Shown here: positions 41,682 through 52,293 of the stretch, piece after piece
Layout: each line of letters opens with the position of its first letter
Position numbering within the stretch: position 1 is the stretch's first letter
The notes under the pieces: model-generated
The model's input: only the letters and a program-made list of their open reading frames with translations
The model's database searches: none
What the model was told of the DNA's origin: nothing
Translations under genes and position numbers: made by a program
Assembly (NCBI GenBank): GCA_026709065.1
Contig: JAPOTS010000024.1
Coordinates: 6,959 to 70,958, forward strand
Source of the DNA: Bacteroidota bacterium
GTDB taxonomy: Bacteria > Bacteroidota > Rhodothermia > Rhodothermales > Bin80
DNA length: 64,000 bases
Direction: 5' to 3'

Positions 41682-42944
41682 TTATAGATCATTTGATTCT
41701 GTATAGATTTGATCAAAGATTGTTTTAGAAAATTGTTTTGCAGAGTGTTTGGAAGCAAATTCATTGGATTTACTCGCAGCAAAGGGGAAGGTATCTGGGC
41801 TATTTAACCACATCAAAATACCTGTAGCAATCTCAGATGGATCAGTAGATATAACATCAAGTCCTAATTTGTAATCACGAATATAACGTCCAATAAGCCC
41901 ATCGTTACTTCCCAATACTGGTTTACCTGCGATAGCGGCTCTAACAAGTATTCCGCTTGAGTGAGTATGTCCGATATAGGGTAATAATACTAAATCTGAT
42001 GCAGTCATATAGTTTGCCATTTCAACATCGGTGATAAAGTGCAGTTCTTTAATCAATTGAACTCTTGAACTTCTTTCCAAAGATTCTAACTGGTATAGAA
42101 GTGTGTTTTGATCCTCACTTGCTACTTTTCCCACTATCACTAAACATAGTTTTTCTTGGTCACTTGGCGAAAGAATCGTGATAGCCTCTAACAGTTCAAA
42201 GATTCCTTTTCGTTTCACAATACTTCCAAAAAATAAAGCTACTTTTCTATGATCTTCAACGCCTATCTGCTGTTTCATCTGCGTTGCATTCATAGATGGA
42301 TTCTGGGACTCTATTCCATCACAAAGAGATAGAATGTGTGCTCTGGAAGAATGATAAGCGTCAACAAAATATCGGTCAAGGCTAAACAGACTGGATAAAT
42401 GAGGATTATTTAATGCCGAAGAAAAAATGGCTCGTTTCCGCATATAACGAACATAGCGACGAAATCCATCACGCAGTTGAACTGATTTACCGAGTTCTAG
42501 AAAAGGGCGAAAATAGATTCCACAGATGACGAGGGGAAACTGAAATCTAAGTCCCAATGCTAATGGTATCTGGAATAAGTCAAAATCCATCAACAGACAG
42601 TGACTCGGTTTGATTTCAGTCAAGGTGTCATTGAGAATCCTCCCCTGCTCTTTTGAGATTTCAATGAGAGTGCCTGCCTTCTCAAAATCAGGTAGGATAC
42701 GAATTTCTATATGATCATACTGCTCAGTAATTTCAAGAATTTCTTGGTGTCTCTTGACGAGTTGAGAGGTAACCACAATAGATAGGAGTCCCGGATAGGA
42801 GTTTGTGCTCCAATACTCGGTGAGTTGTTTGATATATTGTCCATGGTGCCCTCCAGCATTGAGGTCAAACAGAAGTAAGTGAGTAGCAGGTTTGATTTTA
42901 ATTGAGGATAAAAATCGGAAAATGCAGTGAGACATTGATTGCAT
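41682..42944 (-). CDS. Glycosyltransferase (GT-B fold, GT4-like)
   Basis: C-terminal half carries VALFFGSIVKRKG, LVIVGK and LLPY...SSGILVRAAIAGKPVLGS, typical of Glycos_transf_1. Confidence 0.8.
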   Translation of the reverse strand: MQSMSHCIFRFLSSIKIKPATHLLLFDLNAGGHHGQYIKQLTEYWSTNSYPGLLSIVVTSQLVKRHQEILEITEQYDHIEIRILPDFEKAGTLIEISKEQGRILNDTLTEIKPSHCLLMDFDLFQIPLALGLRFQFPLVICGIYFRPFLELGKSVQLRDGFRRYVRYMRKRAIFSSALNNPHLSSLFSLDRYFVDAYHSSRAHILSLCDGIESQNPSMNATQMKQQIGVEDHRKVALFFGSIVKRKGIFELLEAITILSPSDQEKLCLVIVGKVASEDQNTLLYQLESLERSSRVQLIKELHFITDVEMANYMTASDLVLLPYIGHTHSSGILVRAAIAGKPVLGSNDGLIGRYIRDYKLGLDVISTDPSEIATGILMWLNSPDTFPFAASKSNEFASKHSAKQFSKTIFDQIYTESNDL

Positions 42945-43208
42945 TATATGGTTCCCAATGTGTATCTTGCAAGATTAAGCTGTCATCAAATTACCCTACC
43001 CCATCACTGAAGCTCCTAGAATCTCTACTTCCATTACTTGGTCAATGACGATGAAAATATCTATATCATCAAAGCAACTCACATAACTGAGTTGTAACCG
43101 TTTAAGTAGTAGATCACCCCGAAACCTAATCGGATCATCAAAGTTGACGAAGCTAAGCATAATTTTAAATCCACTCATGTTTCTTACCCCAAGATGTGAA
43201 TCAAATTC

Positions 43209-43964
43209 ATGAGTCTTGCCCCCATTGGCATCATTGGAGGGATGGGACCCCAAGCAGGACTGGACTTAGCCCAAAAAGTGATTGCAGAAACAAAAGCGAA
43301 TAACGATCAAGAACATCTTCCAATGGTGCTTCTCTCCTATGGGCATCTAATCGGCGATCGGAGTGCATTCATATTTGGCGATCCAATCCCTAATCCTGGG
43401 ATTGCCATAGCATCGGTAGCACATCAACTTGAACAGTTTGGAGTTCAGGTTGCTGGGATTCCATGCAATTCCGCTCATGCTCCGCAAATTAGGACAATCA
43501 TGCAAGATCATCTCAAACATGTGAATATCAAAATCTTACATCTGATTCAAGAAACAATTGACTATCTCAGACAATTTACACCGAATATCACACATGTCGG
43601 ATGCTTATCCACTTTAAGTGTTCACCGCTTGGAACTCTATAAATCTGCCCTTGAAGAAGCCAATTATACAGTTGTCATGCCATCCGAAGATGTCGCTGAA
43701 AACTTAGTTCATCGGGCGATTTTTGATCATGATTTTGGGATCAAAGCCCATTCATCTCCAGTGACCCCTAAGGCTAAAAAGATGGTTCTTGATGCGATTG
43801 ATCACTGTCATCAAAAAGGGGCACAAGCAATAATTTTAGGATGTACAGAATTGCCCCTTGCTGTTTCGAATACAAAAGATGTCTATTTGATTGACCCTGC
43901 TCGCGCATTGGCAAGGGCCTTAATTCGGGAAACCTATCCAGAAAAACTTAATCCTCTGAGATAA
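43209..43964 (+). CDS. Aspartate/glutamate racemase family protein
   Basis: IGIIGGMGPQAGLDL, IPCNSAH and ILGCTELPL (the two catalytic Cys regions). Confidence 0.8.
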   Translation: MSLAPIGIIGGMGPQAGLDLAQKVIAETKANNDQEHLPMVLLSYGHLIGDRSAFIFGDPIPNPGIAIASVAHQLEQFGVQVAGIPCNSAHAPQIRTIMQDHLKHVNIKILHLIQETIDYLRQFTPNITHVGCLSTLSVHRLELYKSALEEANYTVVMPSEDVAENLVHRAIFDHDFGIKAHSSPVTPKAKKMVLDAIDHCHQKGAQAIILGCTELPLAVSNTKDVYLIDPARALARALIRETYPEKLNPLR

Positions 43965-44047
43965 AATTGTCCCTCATTGCGTACTTTGCTGTAAACAGTG
44001 AGTATAAAGGACCTTGGTAACATGCTCGGATTGAACTTCCATCATTT

Positions 44048-45010
44048 ATGCTACGAACCTTGATCACAGGTGGTGCTGGATTCCTGGGATCTCATCTCTG
44101 CGACCGACTACTTGGTGATGGACATCAAGTCGTATGTATTGACAATTTTCTCACTGGATCGCGTGACAACATTTCCCATTTGAAGGATCATCCGCGCTTT
44201 AGTTTCTTGGAGCATGATGTTACAAAATATATCACTGTTGATGGCCCTCTTGATTATGTACTTCACTTTGCAAGCCCCGCCTCGCCAATTGATTACCTCC
44301 GCCTTCCAATTCAAACACTTAAAGTTGGTGCACTTGGAACTCACAATGCTCTCGGATTGACGAAGGCCAAAAATGCTTGCTTTCTCTTAGCCTCTACTAG
44401 CGAAGTATATGGAGACCCTCAGGAGCACCCTCAAAAAGAATCTTATTGGGGAAATGTGAATCCTGTCGGACTGCGGGGAGTCTATGACGAAGCTAAACGA
44501 TTTGCAGAAACACTTACTATGGCTTACCATCGTTTTCACGGGGTGGAAACACGAATTGTGCGTATATTCAATACCTATGGCCCCAGAATGCGACTTCATG
44601 ACGGAAGAGCACTTCCAACATTCATGCGCCAAGCGTTATGTAGCGAAGATATTACCGTTCATGGTAGCGGCAATCAAACTCGCTCCTTTACGTATGTTGA
44701 TGACACAGTTGAGGGAATTGTGAGGCTATTATATAGTAAGATCACAACTCCCATCAATATTGGATGCTGTGAAGAGATCTCTATCATTGAATTTGCAAAA
44801 AAAATTGTGACAATGACCAACAGTTCAAGTATGATCACGCATCACCCTCTTCCTGAAAATGACCCAAAAAATCGTCAGCCAGATATTTCATTAGCCCAAG
44901 AACTCTTGGATTGGAACCCACAAGTTGACCGCGAGGACGGGCTCCAAAGGACACTTGCTTACGTTTTAGATAAGATCAATCATTCTGCAAAAACAACTTA
45001 TGCATCTTAA
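44048..45010 (+). CDS. UDP-glucuronate decarboxylase (UDP-xylose synthase-like SDR)
   Basis: [32 protein letters not shown]. Confidence 0.88.
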   Translation: MLRTLITGGAGFLGSHLCDRLLGDGHQVVCIDNFLTGSRDNISHLKDHPRFSFLEHDVTKYITVDGPLDYVLHFASPASPIDYLRLPIQTLKVGALGTHNALGLTKAKNACFLLASTSEVYGDPQEHPQKESYWGNVNPVGLRGVYDEAKRFAETLTMAYHRFHGVETRIVRIFNTYGPRMRLHDGRALPTFMRQALCSEDITVHGSGNQTRSFTYVDDTVEGIVRLLYSKITTPINIGCCEEISIIEFAKKIVTMTNSSSMITHHPLPENDPKNRQPDISLAQELLDWNPQVDREDGLQRTLAYVLDKINHSAKTTYAS

Positions 45011-45968
45011 TAATTCGGAATCTTCTATCTATGTTGCTGGACATACAGGACTACTCGGAAGAGCTGTCGTCAAGAAGCTACACAATGACGGATACCAGAA
45101 CTTGATCCTTCAACCTAGCTCTGCTCTTGATCTTAGATGTCAGCGATCTGTGGACGACTTCTTTCAGGATAATCAACCAGAATTTGTGATTCTTGCAGCA
45201 GCACGCGTAGGCGGCATCTTAGCTAATGATCAATTCCCTACAGATTTCCTCGTAGATAATCTTTCTATTCAATTGAATGTCCTTAATGCAGCTCACAAAT
45301 CTGGTGTTAAGCGACTAATCTTTTTGGGAAGCACCTGTATCTATCCCCGTGAAGCCCCCCAACCCATCAAAGAAACTGCTCTTCTTAGTGGGCCACTTGA
45401 GATTACAAACCAATGGTATGCGGTCGCAAAGATTGCTGGAGTTCTACAATGCCAAGCGCTAAGACGACAACACAACCGAGATTTTATTGCTCTCATGTCA
45501 ACAAACCTCTACGGGCCCGGTGATAACTTTGATCTAGAGTCAAGCCATGTCCTACCAGCGCTTATGCGACGACTTCATGAAGCATATGAGTCTGGATCCA
45601 AGGAAGTTACTGTGTGGGGTTCTGGCAAACCACGACGCGAGTTTCTATATAGCGAGGATATTGCTGATGCATGCGTGTTTGTTCTAAAAACACCAGAAGA
45701 GGATCTCTTGCATGTTGCGCCAGATTCAATGTTTAATGTAGGATATGGTGAAGATCTCAGCATCCGAGATCTGTGTGATATCCTTCAGGAAGTCATGCAA
45801 ACCGACTGCAAACTGAACTTTGATCTTTCAAAGCCTGATGGCACCCCACGGAAATTAGTTGATAATTCACGCCTCGCTCAGCTCGGTTGGAATGCTCCGA
45901 CCCCTCTAAGAAAAGGGATTCTACACACTTATCAATGGTATAAGGCTAATGTGGCCAAACCATCATAG
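45000..45968 (+). CDS. fcl: GDP-L-fucose synthase
   Basis: [44 protein letters not shown]. Adjacent to gmd. Confidence 0.9.
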   Translation: MHLNNSESSIYVAGHTGLLGRAVVKKLHNDGYQNLILQPSSALDLRCQRSVDDFFQDNQPEFVILAAARVGGILANDQFPTDFLVDNLSIQLNVLNAAHKSGVKRLIFLGSTCIYPREAPQPIKETALLSGPLEITNQWYAVAKIAGVLQCQALRRQHNRDFIALMSTNLYGPGDNFDLESSHVLPALMRRLHEAYESGSKEVTVWGSGKPRREFLYSEDIADACVFVLKTPEEDLLHVAPDSMFNVGYGEDLSIRDLCDILQEVMQTDCKLNFDLSKPDGTPRKLVDNSRLAQLGWNAPTPLRKGILHTYQWYKANVAKPS

Positions 45969-46158
45969 GCTTTGCTTAAATTTCTCTTGAATAAAATCTT
46001 CACTTCATTGTTTAACCCTTATAATTTAATTCATTCTGCTAAGTCTATTTCTAATCATATCTTAATCACCGTCACATGAGGAGTGTATTTACATTCACTG
46101 GATTTGTCACTCATCTTTACGATCATCATCTACCTAACAATTTATTAATGCGCTCACT

Positions 46159-47226
46159 ATGAAGAATAAAACTGCTCTTATTACTGGCGTTACTGGCCAA
46201 GACGGGGCTTACCTGTCTGAACTTCTTTTAGGTGAGGGTTATATAGTGCATGGCATTAAACGCCGAGCTAGCCTCATCAATACGATGAGAGTGGATCACT
46301 TATTTAGTAACCCAACTCCACATAATGAGCGATTTCATCTCCATTTTGGAGATCTCACTGACTCCACAAATCTTATCCGTATCGTAGAAGAAGTTCAACC
46401 AGATGAAATCTACAATTTAGGTGCTCAAAGCCATGTGAAAGTCAGCTTTGATACTCCCGAGTATACAGCAAATGTAGATGCCGTTGGAGTCTTAAGGTTA
46501 TTAGAATCTGTTCGAATTTTAGGACTTACTGATAAAATTCGCTTTTATCAAGCTTCTACGAGCGAATTATTTGGAAACGCTCCTGAATCCCCACAATCCG
46601 AGAAAACGCCTTTTCATCCTCGGAGCCCTTACGGTGCTGCCAAACTATATGCCTATTGGATCACGGTAAACTACCGGGAGTCTTATGGGATGTTTGCCTG
46701 CAATGGTGTTCTATTCAATCATGAAAGTCCTTTGCGTGATGAAGCCTTTGTGACACGTAAGATCACCAAAGCAGCTGCGCGAATTAAGCTCGGGCTTGAT
46801 GACAAATTATACCTCGGCAATCTTGATGCAAAACGTGATTGGGGACATGCCCGTGATTATGTGAAAGGTATTTGGATGATTCTGCAACAAGAAATACCAC
46901 GCGACTACGTCCTTGCAACTGGTCAAGCTACTTCTGTGCGTACCCTCTGCTCATTAGCATTCAATGAAGTTGGACTCCCCTTAGAGTGGACTGGAACTGG
47001 AATTGATGAACAGGGACGATGCAAAAAAACTGGAAAAACTCTCGTTGAAGTCAGCTCTCACTTCTATCGGCCTGCGGAGGTTCACCACCTGCTCGGTGAT
47101 GCTTCACTAGCTCAAAAAGAGCTAGGATGGAAACCTACGACCACCTTTAAAGAAATGGTCCAAGAAATGGTTCAACAAGACTTAAAACAAGAGCAGCAGA
47201 TTCTTAATCTTGGTGGACAAGTCTAA
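46159..47226 (+). CDS. gmd: GDP-mannose 4,6-dehydratase
   Basis: [47 protein letters not shown]. Confidence 0.95.
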   Translation: MKNKTALITGVTGQDGAYLSELLLGEGYIVHGIKRRASLINTMRVDHLFSNPTPHNERFHLHFGDLTDSTNLIRIVEEVQPDEIYNLGAQSHVKVSFDTPEYTANVDAVGVLRLLESVRILGLTDKIRFYQASTSELFGNAPESPQSEKTPFHPRSPYGAAKLYAYWITVNYRESYGMFACNGVLFNHESPLRDEAFVTRKITKAAARIKLGLDDKLYLGNLDAKRDWGHARDYVKGIWMILQQEIPRDYVLATGQATSVRTLCSLAFNEVGLPLEWTGTGIDEQGRCKKTGKTLVEVSSHFYRPAEVHHLLGDASLAQKELGWKPTTTFKEMVQEMVQQDLKQEQQILNLGGQV

Positions 47227-47237
47227 CTTTTCTGAAC

Positions 47238-47996
47238 ATGAAGCAACCATTGAGCGGAATTGTTCTAGCTGGTGGCACTGGAAGTCGACTTTACCCGCTA
47301 ACCAAAGTCACCAACAAACACCTTTTGCCCGTAGGACGATATCCTATGATCTATCATCCTCTATTACGACTTCGTGAAGCTGGAATCACCCGTATTGCTG
47401 TTGTCACAAGTCCAGAACATATGGGAGATGTGGTAAATCTTCTTGGAAGTGGAAGTGATCTTGGATTGGATTTAACATATCGAGTGCAAGATGAACCTGG
47501 TGGAATCGCTCAAGCTCTCGGACTGTGTGAGAATTTTGCCAGAGAGAAGCCTTTTCTAGTTGCTCTCGGTGATAATATTCTCCAAGATAATTTAACATCA
47601 GAAGTAACGATCTTTCAACGTCAAGGTAGAGGTGCTCGAATTTTATTGAAATCAGTCCCTGATCCACAATGCTACGGTGTGCCTCAGTTTAACGGAGATA
47701 AAATTACTCGAATTATTGAAAAACCTGAGAGTCCACCAAGTGAATATGCAGTCACTGGACTCTACTTCTATGATGCAAAAGTTTTTGAGTACATCAGGAA
47801 CCTCTCCCCAAGTAGACGTGGTGAATATGAAGTGAGTGATCTCAATACCGCTTACGTAAAGGATGATAATCTGACTTATGGGATTTTAAATGGCTGGTGG
47901 GGCGATGCGGGTACCATTGAAGGATGGCATCAGGCTAATGAGCTTGCCCAATCCCTCCAGTATCCGTTTTTTAAGCAAAAGTTTCCCAACCAATGA
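47238..47996 (+). CDS. Sugar-1-phosphate nucleotidyltransferase (short RmlA-like)
   Basis: GIVLAGGTGSRLYPLT..TNKHLLPV, LGDNI, EKP. The substrate is not determinable from sequence. Confidence 0.85.
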   Translation: MKQPLSGIVLAGGTGSRLYPLTKVTNKHLLPVGRYPMIYHPLLRLREAGITRIAVVTSPEHMGDVVNLLGSGSDLGLDLTYRVQDEPGGIAQALGLCENFAREKPFLVALGDNILQDNLTSEVTIFQRQGRGARILLKSVPDPQCYGVPQFNGDKITRIIEKPESPPSEYAVTGLYFYDAKVFEYIRNLSPSRRGEYEVSDLNTAYVKDDNLTYGILNGWWGDAGTIEGWHQANELAQSLQYPFFKQKFPNQ

Positions 47997-48466
47997 AGTG
48001 GCACAGCGGGATCGTCCATGACTGTAACCTCATACCTTTAAATCGTTATGAGGATAGCCGCGGATGGTTATCGGAATTATTCCGTCATGATGAACTACCA
48101 GTTGACATCCATCCTGCCATGGCCTATGTCTCGTTAACACATCAGGGGATCACTCGGGGGCCTCATGAACATGTCCACCAAACCGATCTCTTTATTTTCT
48201 TTCATGGATCATTTCGAGTTTATCTCTGGGATCATCGTAAAGACTCATTGAGCTATGGGATCCGCCAAACGATTGATGCTGGTAAAAATCGTCCACTCAA
48301 ACTAGTGGTTCCACCTGGTGTCATCCATGCCTATCGAAATATGGGCACATCAGATGCTTTGGTGATCAATTGCCCGAACCAGCTTTATGCTGGGAAACAA
48401 AAATTGGATCCTATAGATGAAATTCGCTGGGAAGAACGAACTGATCACAACCTAATTATTGATTGA
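47993..48466 (+). CDS. Cupin-fold sugar epimerase-like protein (RmlC-like)
   Basis: DSRGWLSELF, RGPHEH, GVIHAYRN. The start overlaps the upstream stop (ATGA). Confidence 0.7.
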   Translation: MKWHSGIVHDCNLIPLNRYEDSRGWLSELFRHDELPVDIHPAMAYVSLTHQGITRGPHEHVHQTDLFIFFHGSFRVYLWDHRKDSLSYGIRQTIDAGKNRPLKLVVPPGVIHAYRNMGTSDALVINCPNQLYAGKQKLDPIDEIRWEERTDHNLIID

Positions 48467-48469
48467 ACT

Positions 48470-49468
48470 GTGAAACTCATAATCCCTATGGCTGGGTATG
48501 GTAAGCGATTGCGTCCCCAGTCTTCAATTACTCCTAAACCACTGATGACCGTCCGAGGTCAATGTATGGTGGAACGAATTATTGCAAAATTCACTCAAAC
48601 CCTCCCCAAAAAGATTACCGATGGTATATTTATTTTAGGGCCTGGCTTTGATCGTATTGCGTATGATATTCTTGATGCTGTTTGTGCAAAATATGACATT
48701 CATCCCCATTACGTGATTCAAGCAGAACCCAAGGGAACAGCGCATGCTGTGAGTTGTGCTCAGGATTTTCTTGATGGCGAAGGAGTAGTCGTATACGCCG
48801 ATACTGTTTTTGATATGGATCCGATCACCACATTTGGAGATAGTGATGTCGTAGCTTGGGTCAAAGAGGTAGATGATCCAAGTAGATTTGGAGTTGCTGT
48901 GAGAGAGAATGATAGGATTACTGCATTTGTTGAAAAACCTCAAGAATTTATTTCTAACGAAGCCCTTATTGGAATTTATTATATCCAAAATCTCAATCAA
49001 CTCAAGTCTGCCATCAATTTCTTATATGATCATAAAATTTGTGGGAAAGACGGAGAATATTACCTCACAGATGCGTTTGATCGTATGCTAAAGGAAGGAT
49101 TAATTTTTTCAAGCACAACCGTGAATGCTTGGCTTGACTGCGGCACGCTCAATGCCTTCATGGATACCACGCGCTATTTGTTAAATCACGAACCCCAAAA
49201 TGTGGATGGGCCAAGATGCAATAACTCAATCATCATTGAGCCCGTTTATATTGGTGAGGATTCACATGTTACTGATTCGATCATTGGCCCCTATGTCTCT
49301 ATTGAAGCTGGTGCTCAGATAACTCATTCAATCATCAAAAACAGTATTATCTTTGAGTCTGCAAACGTTCAAGATTCAGTCCTAAACGATTCAATGATTG
49401 GTGCACACAGTACGGTAATAGGTAAACTGAACTCATTAAATGTTGGGGACTATTCTGACCTATCGTAA
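48470..49468 (+). CDS. Second sugar-phosphate nucleotidyltransferase with a C-terminal left-handed beta-helix
   Basis: GTG start giving MKLIIPMAGYGKRLRP. NTP_transferase core, then hexapeptide-like repeats (SIIGPYVSIEAGAQITHSIIKNSIIFESANV). Confidence 0.75.
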   Translation: MKLIIPMAGYGKRLRPQSSITPKPLMTVRGQCMVERIIAKFTQTLPKKITDGIFILGPGFDRIAYDILDAVCAKYDIHPHYVIQAEPKGTAHAVSCAQDFLDGEGVVVYADTVFDMDPITTFGDSDVVAWVKEVDDPSRFGVAVRENDRITAFVEKPQEFISNEALIGIYYIQNLNQLKSAINFLYDHKICGKDGEYYLTDAFDRMLKEGLIFSSTTVNAWLDCGTLNAFMDTTRYLLNHEPQNVDGPRCNNSIIIEPVYIGEDSHVTDSIIGPYVSIEAGAQITHSIIKNSIIFESANVQDSVLNDSMIGAHSTVIGKLNSLNVGDYSDLS

Positions 49469-51096
49469 TGTCTACATGTGTCCTTCAGATCCATTCCAAC
49501 GATAATGTTTCTGTTGCCTTAAAATCACTCAAACCGGGGACTGAAATTTCACCCGGCATTCAGTGTCGCTCTGCGATTGCACAACGACACAAAGTCGTCA
49601 CAAAATTTATTCCCAAAAATGGCCCCGTTGTCATGTACGGTGTGACTGTTGGCCGTAGCCTTAAAGATCTAAGAATCGGAGACCGACTTAATAGCGACGA
49701 TCTAGTTCACGATTCATCTCCATATAGCCTTAATGATACACCTGCGCTCACACCGTGGACCGCGCCAGATGTATCTCAGTGGGCAGATACTACCTTTTCA
49801 GGGTACCATCGAAGTGATGGGCAGGTAGGGACAGCAAACCATTGGATTGTGCTTCCGATGGTTTTTTGCGAAAATCGAAATATAGATGTGCTGCGCCGCG
49901 CTTTTGAAGATGAATTAGGATATAGCCAACATTCAGCATATCGTCATCAGGTCGCTTCTCTGGTCAAATCTCATCTTAAAGGTAACTTAAATTCAGTGCA
50001 TGAAATATCAACCATGAAGTCTGAGCGTGTATTCAAAAATATAGATGGTATTCATTTTCTGACACATCAATTAGGATGTGGTGGGACTCGTGAGGACGCT
50101 AAATCACTCTGTGGCTTGTTGGCTGGATACCTCAATCATCCAAATGTATTTGGGGGAACAATCCTAAGCCTTGGCTGCGAAAACGCCGAAATTACTCTAT
50201 TGATGGAGGAGCTTCATCAGCGAAACCCTAACTTTGACAAACCGCTCTATGTATTTAGGCAGCAATCATTTCCCAGTGCTGATCGTCTCATTACACAAGC
50301 CATTAATGACACCTTTGCAGGTTTAAAGGAAGCAAATAAATGCCATCGTTTACCATCACCACTTAGCCAGTTAACGATTGGACTAGAATGTGGTGGTTCA
50401 GACGGCTTCAGCGGAATTTCAGCAAACCCCGCCATAGGTCATACGACTGATCTCATTGTCGCACTTGGTGGGCGGGCAATTTTGGGGGAATTTCCTGAAC
50501 TATGCGGCCAAGAACAGTCACTGATTGACCGATGTCTTGACCAAACCACGGCCCATCGTTTTGTTGAACTCATGGAACGTTATGCATCGGTTGCCCATGC
50601 TGTAGGCTCCGGATTTGAGATGAACCCATCTCCAGGCAACATCATTGACGGACTCCTGACAGGCGCGATGAAAAGTGCAGGAGCTGCACGTAAAGGTGGC
50701 ACCTCACCCATTACTAATGTAATTGACTATCCAGAATATGCAACTTCATCAGGTCTGAACCTTTTATGTACGCCCGGCGGTGATGTCGAATCTACTACTG
50801 CAATCGCTGGAGCGGGGGCACAAATTATTCTATTCTCTACGGGAATGGGAACCCCAACTGGAAATCCAATTGCGCAAGTCATAAAAATTAGCAGTAATTC
50901 GTCATTGGCTCAGCGCCTTACAGATTTGATTGATTATAATGCTGGCGCTATCATTGATGGCCAGAAAACCGTTGAATCAGCAGGTGAACAACTATTTGAT
51001 TTGATGATTGATGTTGCAAATGGCAATTACATCCCTGTATCTACCCGTCTAGGACAAAACGATTTTATACCATGGAAGCGTGGGCCATCGTTATAG
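49468..51096 (+). CDS. UxaA-family (altronate/galactarate dehydratase-like) protein with an N-terminal SAF domain
   Basis: SAF-like N-terminus (IHSNDNVSVALKSLKPGTEI), LTHQLGCGG and LGCENAE motifs. TAATG overlap with the upstream gene. Confidence 0.85.
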   Translation: MSTCVLQIHSNDNVSVALKSLKPGTEISPGIQCRSAIAQRHKVVTKFIPKNGPVVMYGVTVGRSLKDLRIGDRLNSDDLVHDSSPYSLNDTPALTPWTAPDVSQWADTTFSGYHRSDGQVGTANHWIVLPMVFCENRNIDVLRRAFEDELGYSQHSAYRHQVASLVKSHLKGNLNSVHEISTMKSERVFKNIDGIHFLTHQLGCGGTREDAKSLCGLLAGYLNHPNVFGGTILSLGCENAEITLLMEELHQRNPNFDKPLYVFRQQSFPSADRLITQAINDTFAGLKEANKCHRLPSPLSQLTIGLECGGSDGFSGISANPAIGHTTDLIVALGGRAILGEFPELCGQEQSLIDRCLDQTTAHRFVELMERYASVAHAVGSGFEMNPSPGNIIDGLLTGAMKSAGAARKGGTSPITNVIDYPEYATSSGLNLLCTPGGDVESTTAIAGAGAQIILFSTGMGTPTGNPIAQVIKISSNSSLAQRLTDLIDYNAGAIIDGQKTVESAGEQLFDLMIDVANGNYIPVSTRLGQNDFIPWKRGPSL

Positions 51097-51376
51097 ACAA
51101 TTCATTTGAGCTTGAATTAATAGAGTCATAACAACGTTTGATGCCAAATCTCTCTGCTCCGAATCAAATTGTAGAGTTGCTAACCTGATGAGATTTTGAT
51201 TTGATGCAATCAGTCTTGATGATCATTTATTCATTTTGTTGGTATCCTTAGTATAATTTAATATTTCTGATAAATTACTGAGATCAGTTGATGGTCTAAC
51301 CCAGATCATTTCTACACAATACTCATTTTATTTCCCAGAGCTGTCCTGATTCATTCATACAACATTACACTTTGAA

Positions 51377-52177
51377 ATGTCATATTTTTTAAGACCTGTA
51401 ATTTTAATTGGGATATTATTTATTTTCTCGGCTAATGTCTCTGTATATGCACAATCAAATCGTGAGAAACTCATTCAAGCCATGGCGCAATTGGACGATG
51501 CCTCCAACAAACGAATTTATGATCAAGTACTATCCGCTCGAGATATTTTTCAGGAGATCATTTCTGAGGATGATAGTCTCGCTGTCTGGGCTCACTACTA
51601 TGCAGGTGCAGCATCAAGTTCAATGGCGAATTTAATTTATGAAAAGACTGTTGACCTTGGCCGCCGCGAATTGGCTTCTCAAATCAATATGGGCATTAAG
51701 CACCTTGAGGCAGCTGTGGAAATCAATCCGACTTTTGCAGATGCTTGGGTCTTGCTTGCCACTTCTTATGCACATAAAATGATTGTGCGCCCCTTAAAAT
51801 TCATTGGCTTAAGACGAAATTATTATCATGCTCTGGAAAAGGCACTTGACTTAGAGCCAAACAATCCCAGGGTTGTGATATTGAAGGCAATCATGGACTA
51901 CACCCTTCCAGCAATTGCGGGAGGAGACAAGAATCGGGCAGAAGAAGAATTTAAGCGTGCATTAACTATTCTCTCCGAAGAAACAATTTCTCATCCATAC
52001 CTACCCAAATGGGGACTTGATATAGCTCACGCAAGACTTGGATTAATTTATATGGAACGCGGTGATCTGTTAAGTGCACGTGAATCTTTTGAACAAGCGA
52101 TTTTAGCAAATCCAGATTATGCTTGGGTTCGTGAAGATTTGATTCCATCACTAGAAAAACTTGAATCTGAATCATGA
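51377..52177 (+). CDS. Secreted TPR-repeat protein
   Basis: Signal peptide (ILIGILFIFSANVSVYAQS). TPR-like helical pairs (ADAWVLLATSYAHK, ALDLEPNNPRV, EQAILANPDYAWV). Confidence 0.65.
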   Translation: MSYFLRPVILIGILFIFSANVSVYAQSNREKLIQAMAQLDDASNKRIYDQVLSARDIFQEIISEDDSLAVWAHYYAGAASSSMANLIYEKTVDLGRRELASQINMGIKHLEAAVEINPTFADAWVLLATSYAHKMIVRPLKFIGLRRNYYHALEKALDLEPNNPRVVILKAIMDYTLPAIAGGDKNRAEEEFKRALTILSEETISHPYLPKWGLDIAHARLGLIYMERGDLLSARESFEQAILANPDYAWVREDLIPSLEKLESES

Positions 52178-52293
52178 TCTAATCATCATAGTATGTCTCA
52201 AAATATGATTAGATTTTCATATCAATATACTCAATTGTGATTCGTATATTAATATGATTATTTTTGTCTTCAGTTGACATCTCGAAAGTCAAA

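Noticed and set aside
42996-43253. An 85-aa minus-strand ORF between the glycosyltransferase and the racemase.
   Set aside because: It overlaps the racemase start by 45 nt. A shorter 60-aa version (42996..43178) is possible, but it has no recognisable motif or ribosome-binding context, so it was left uncalled.
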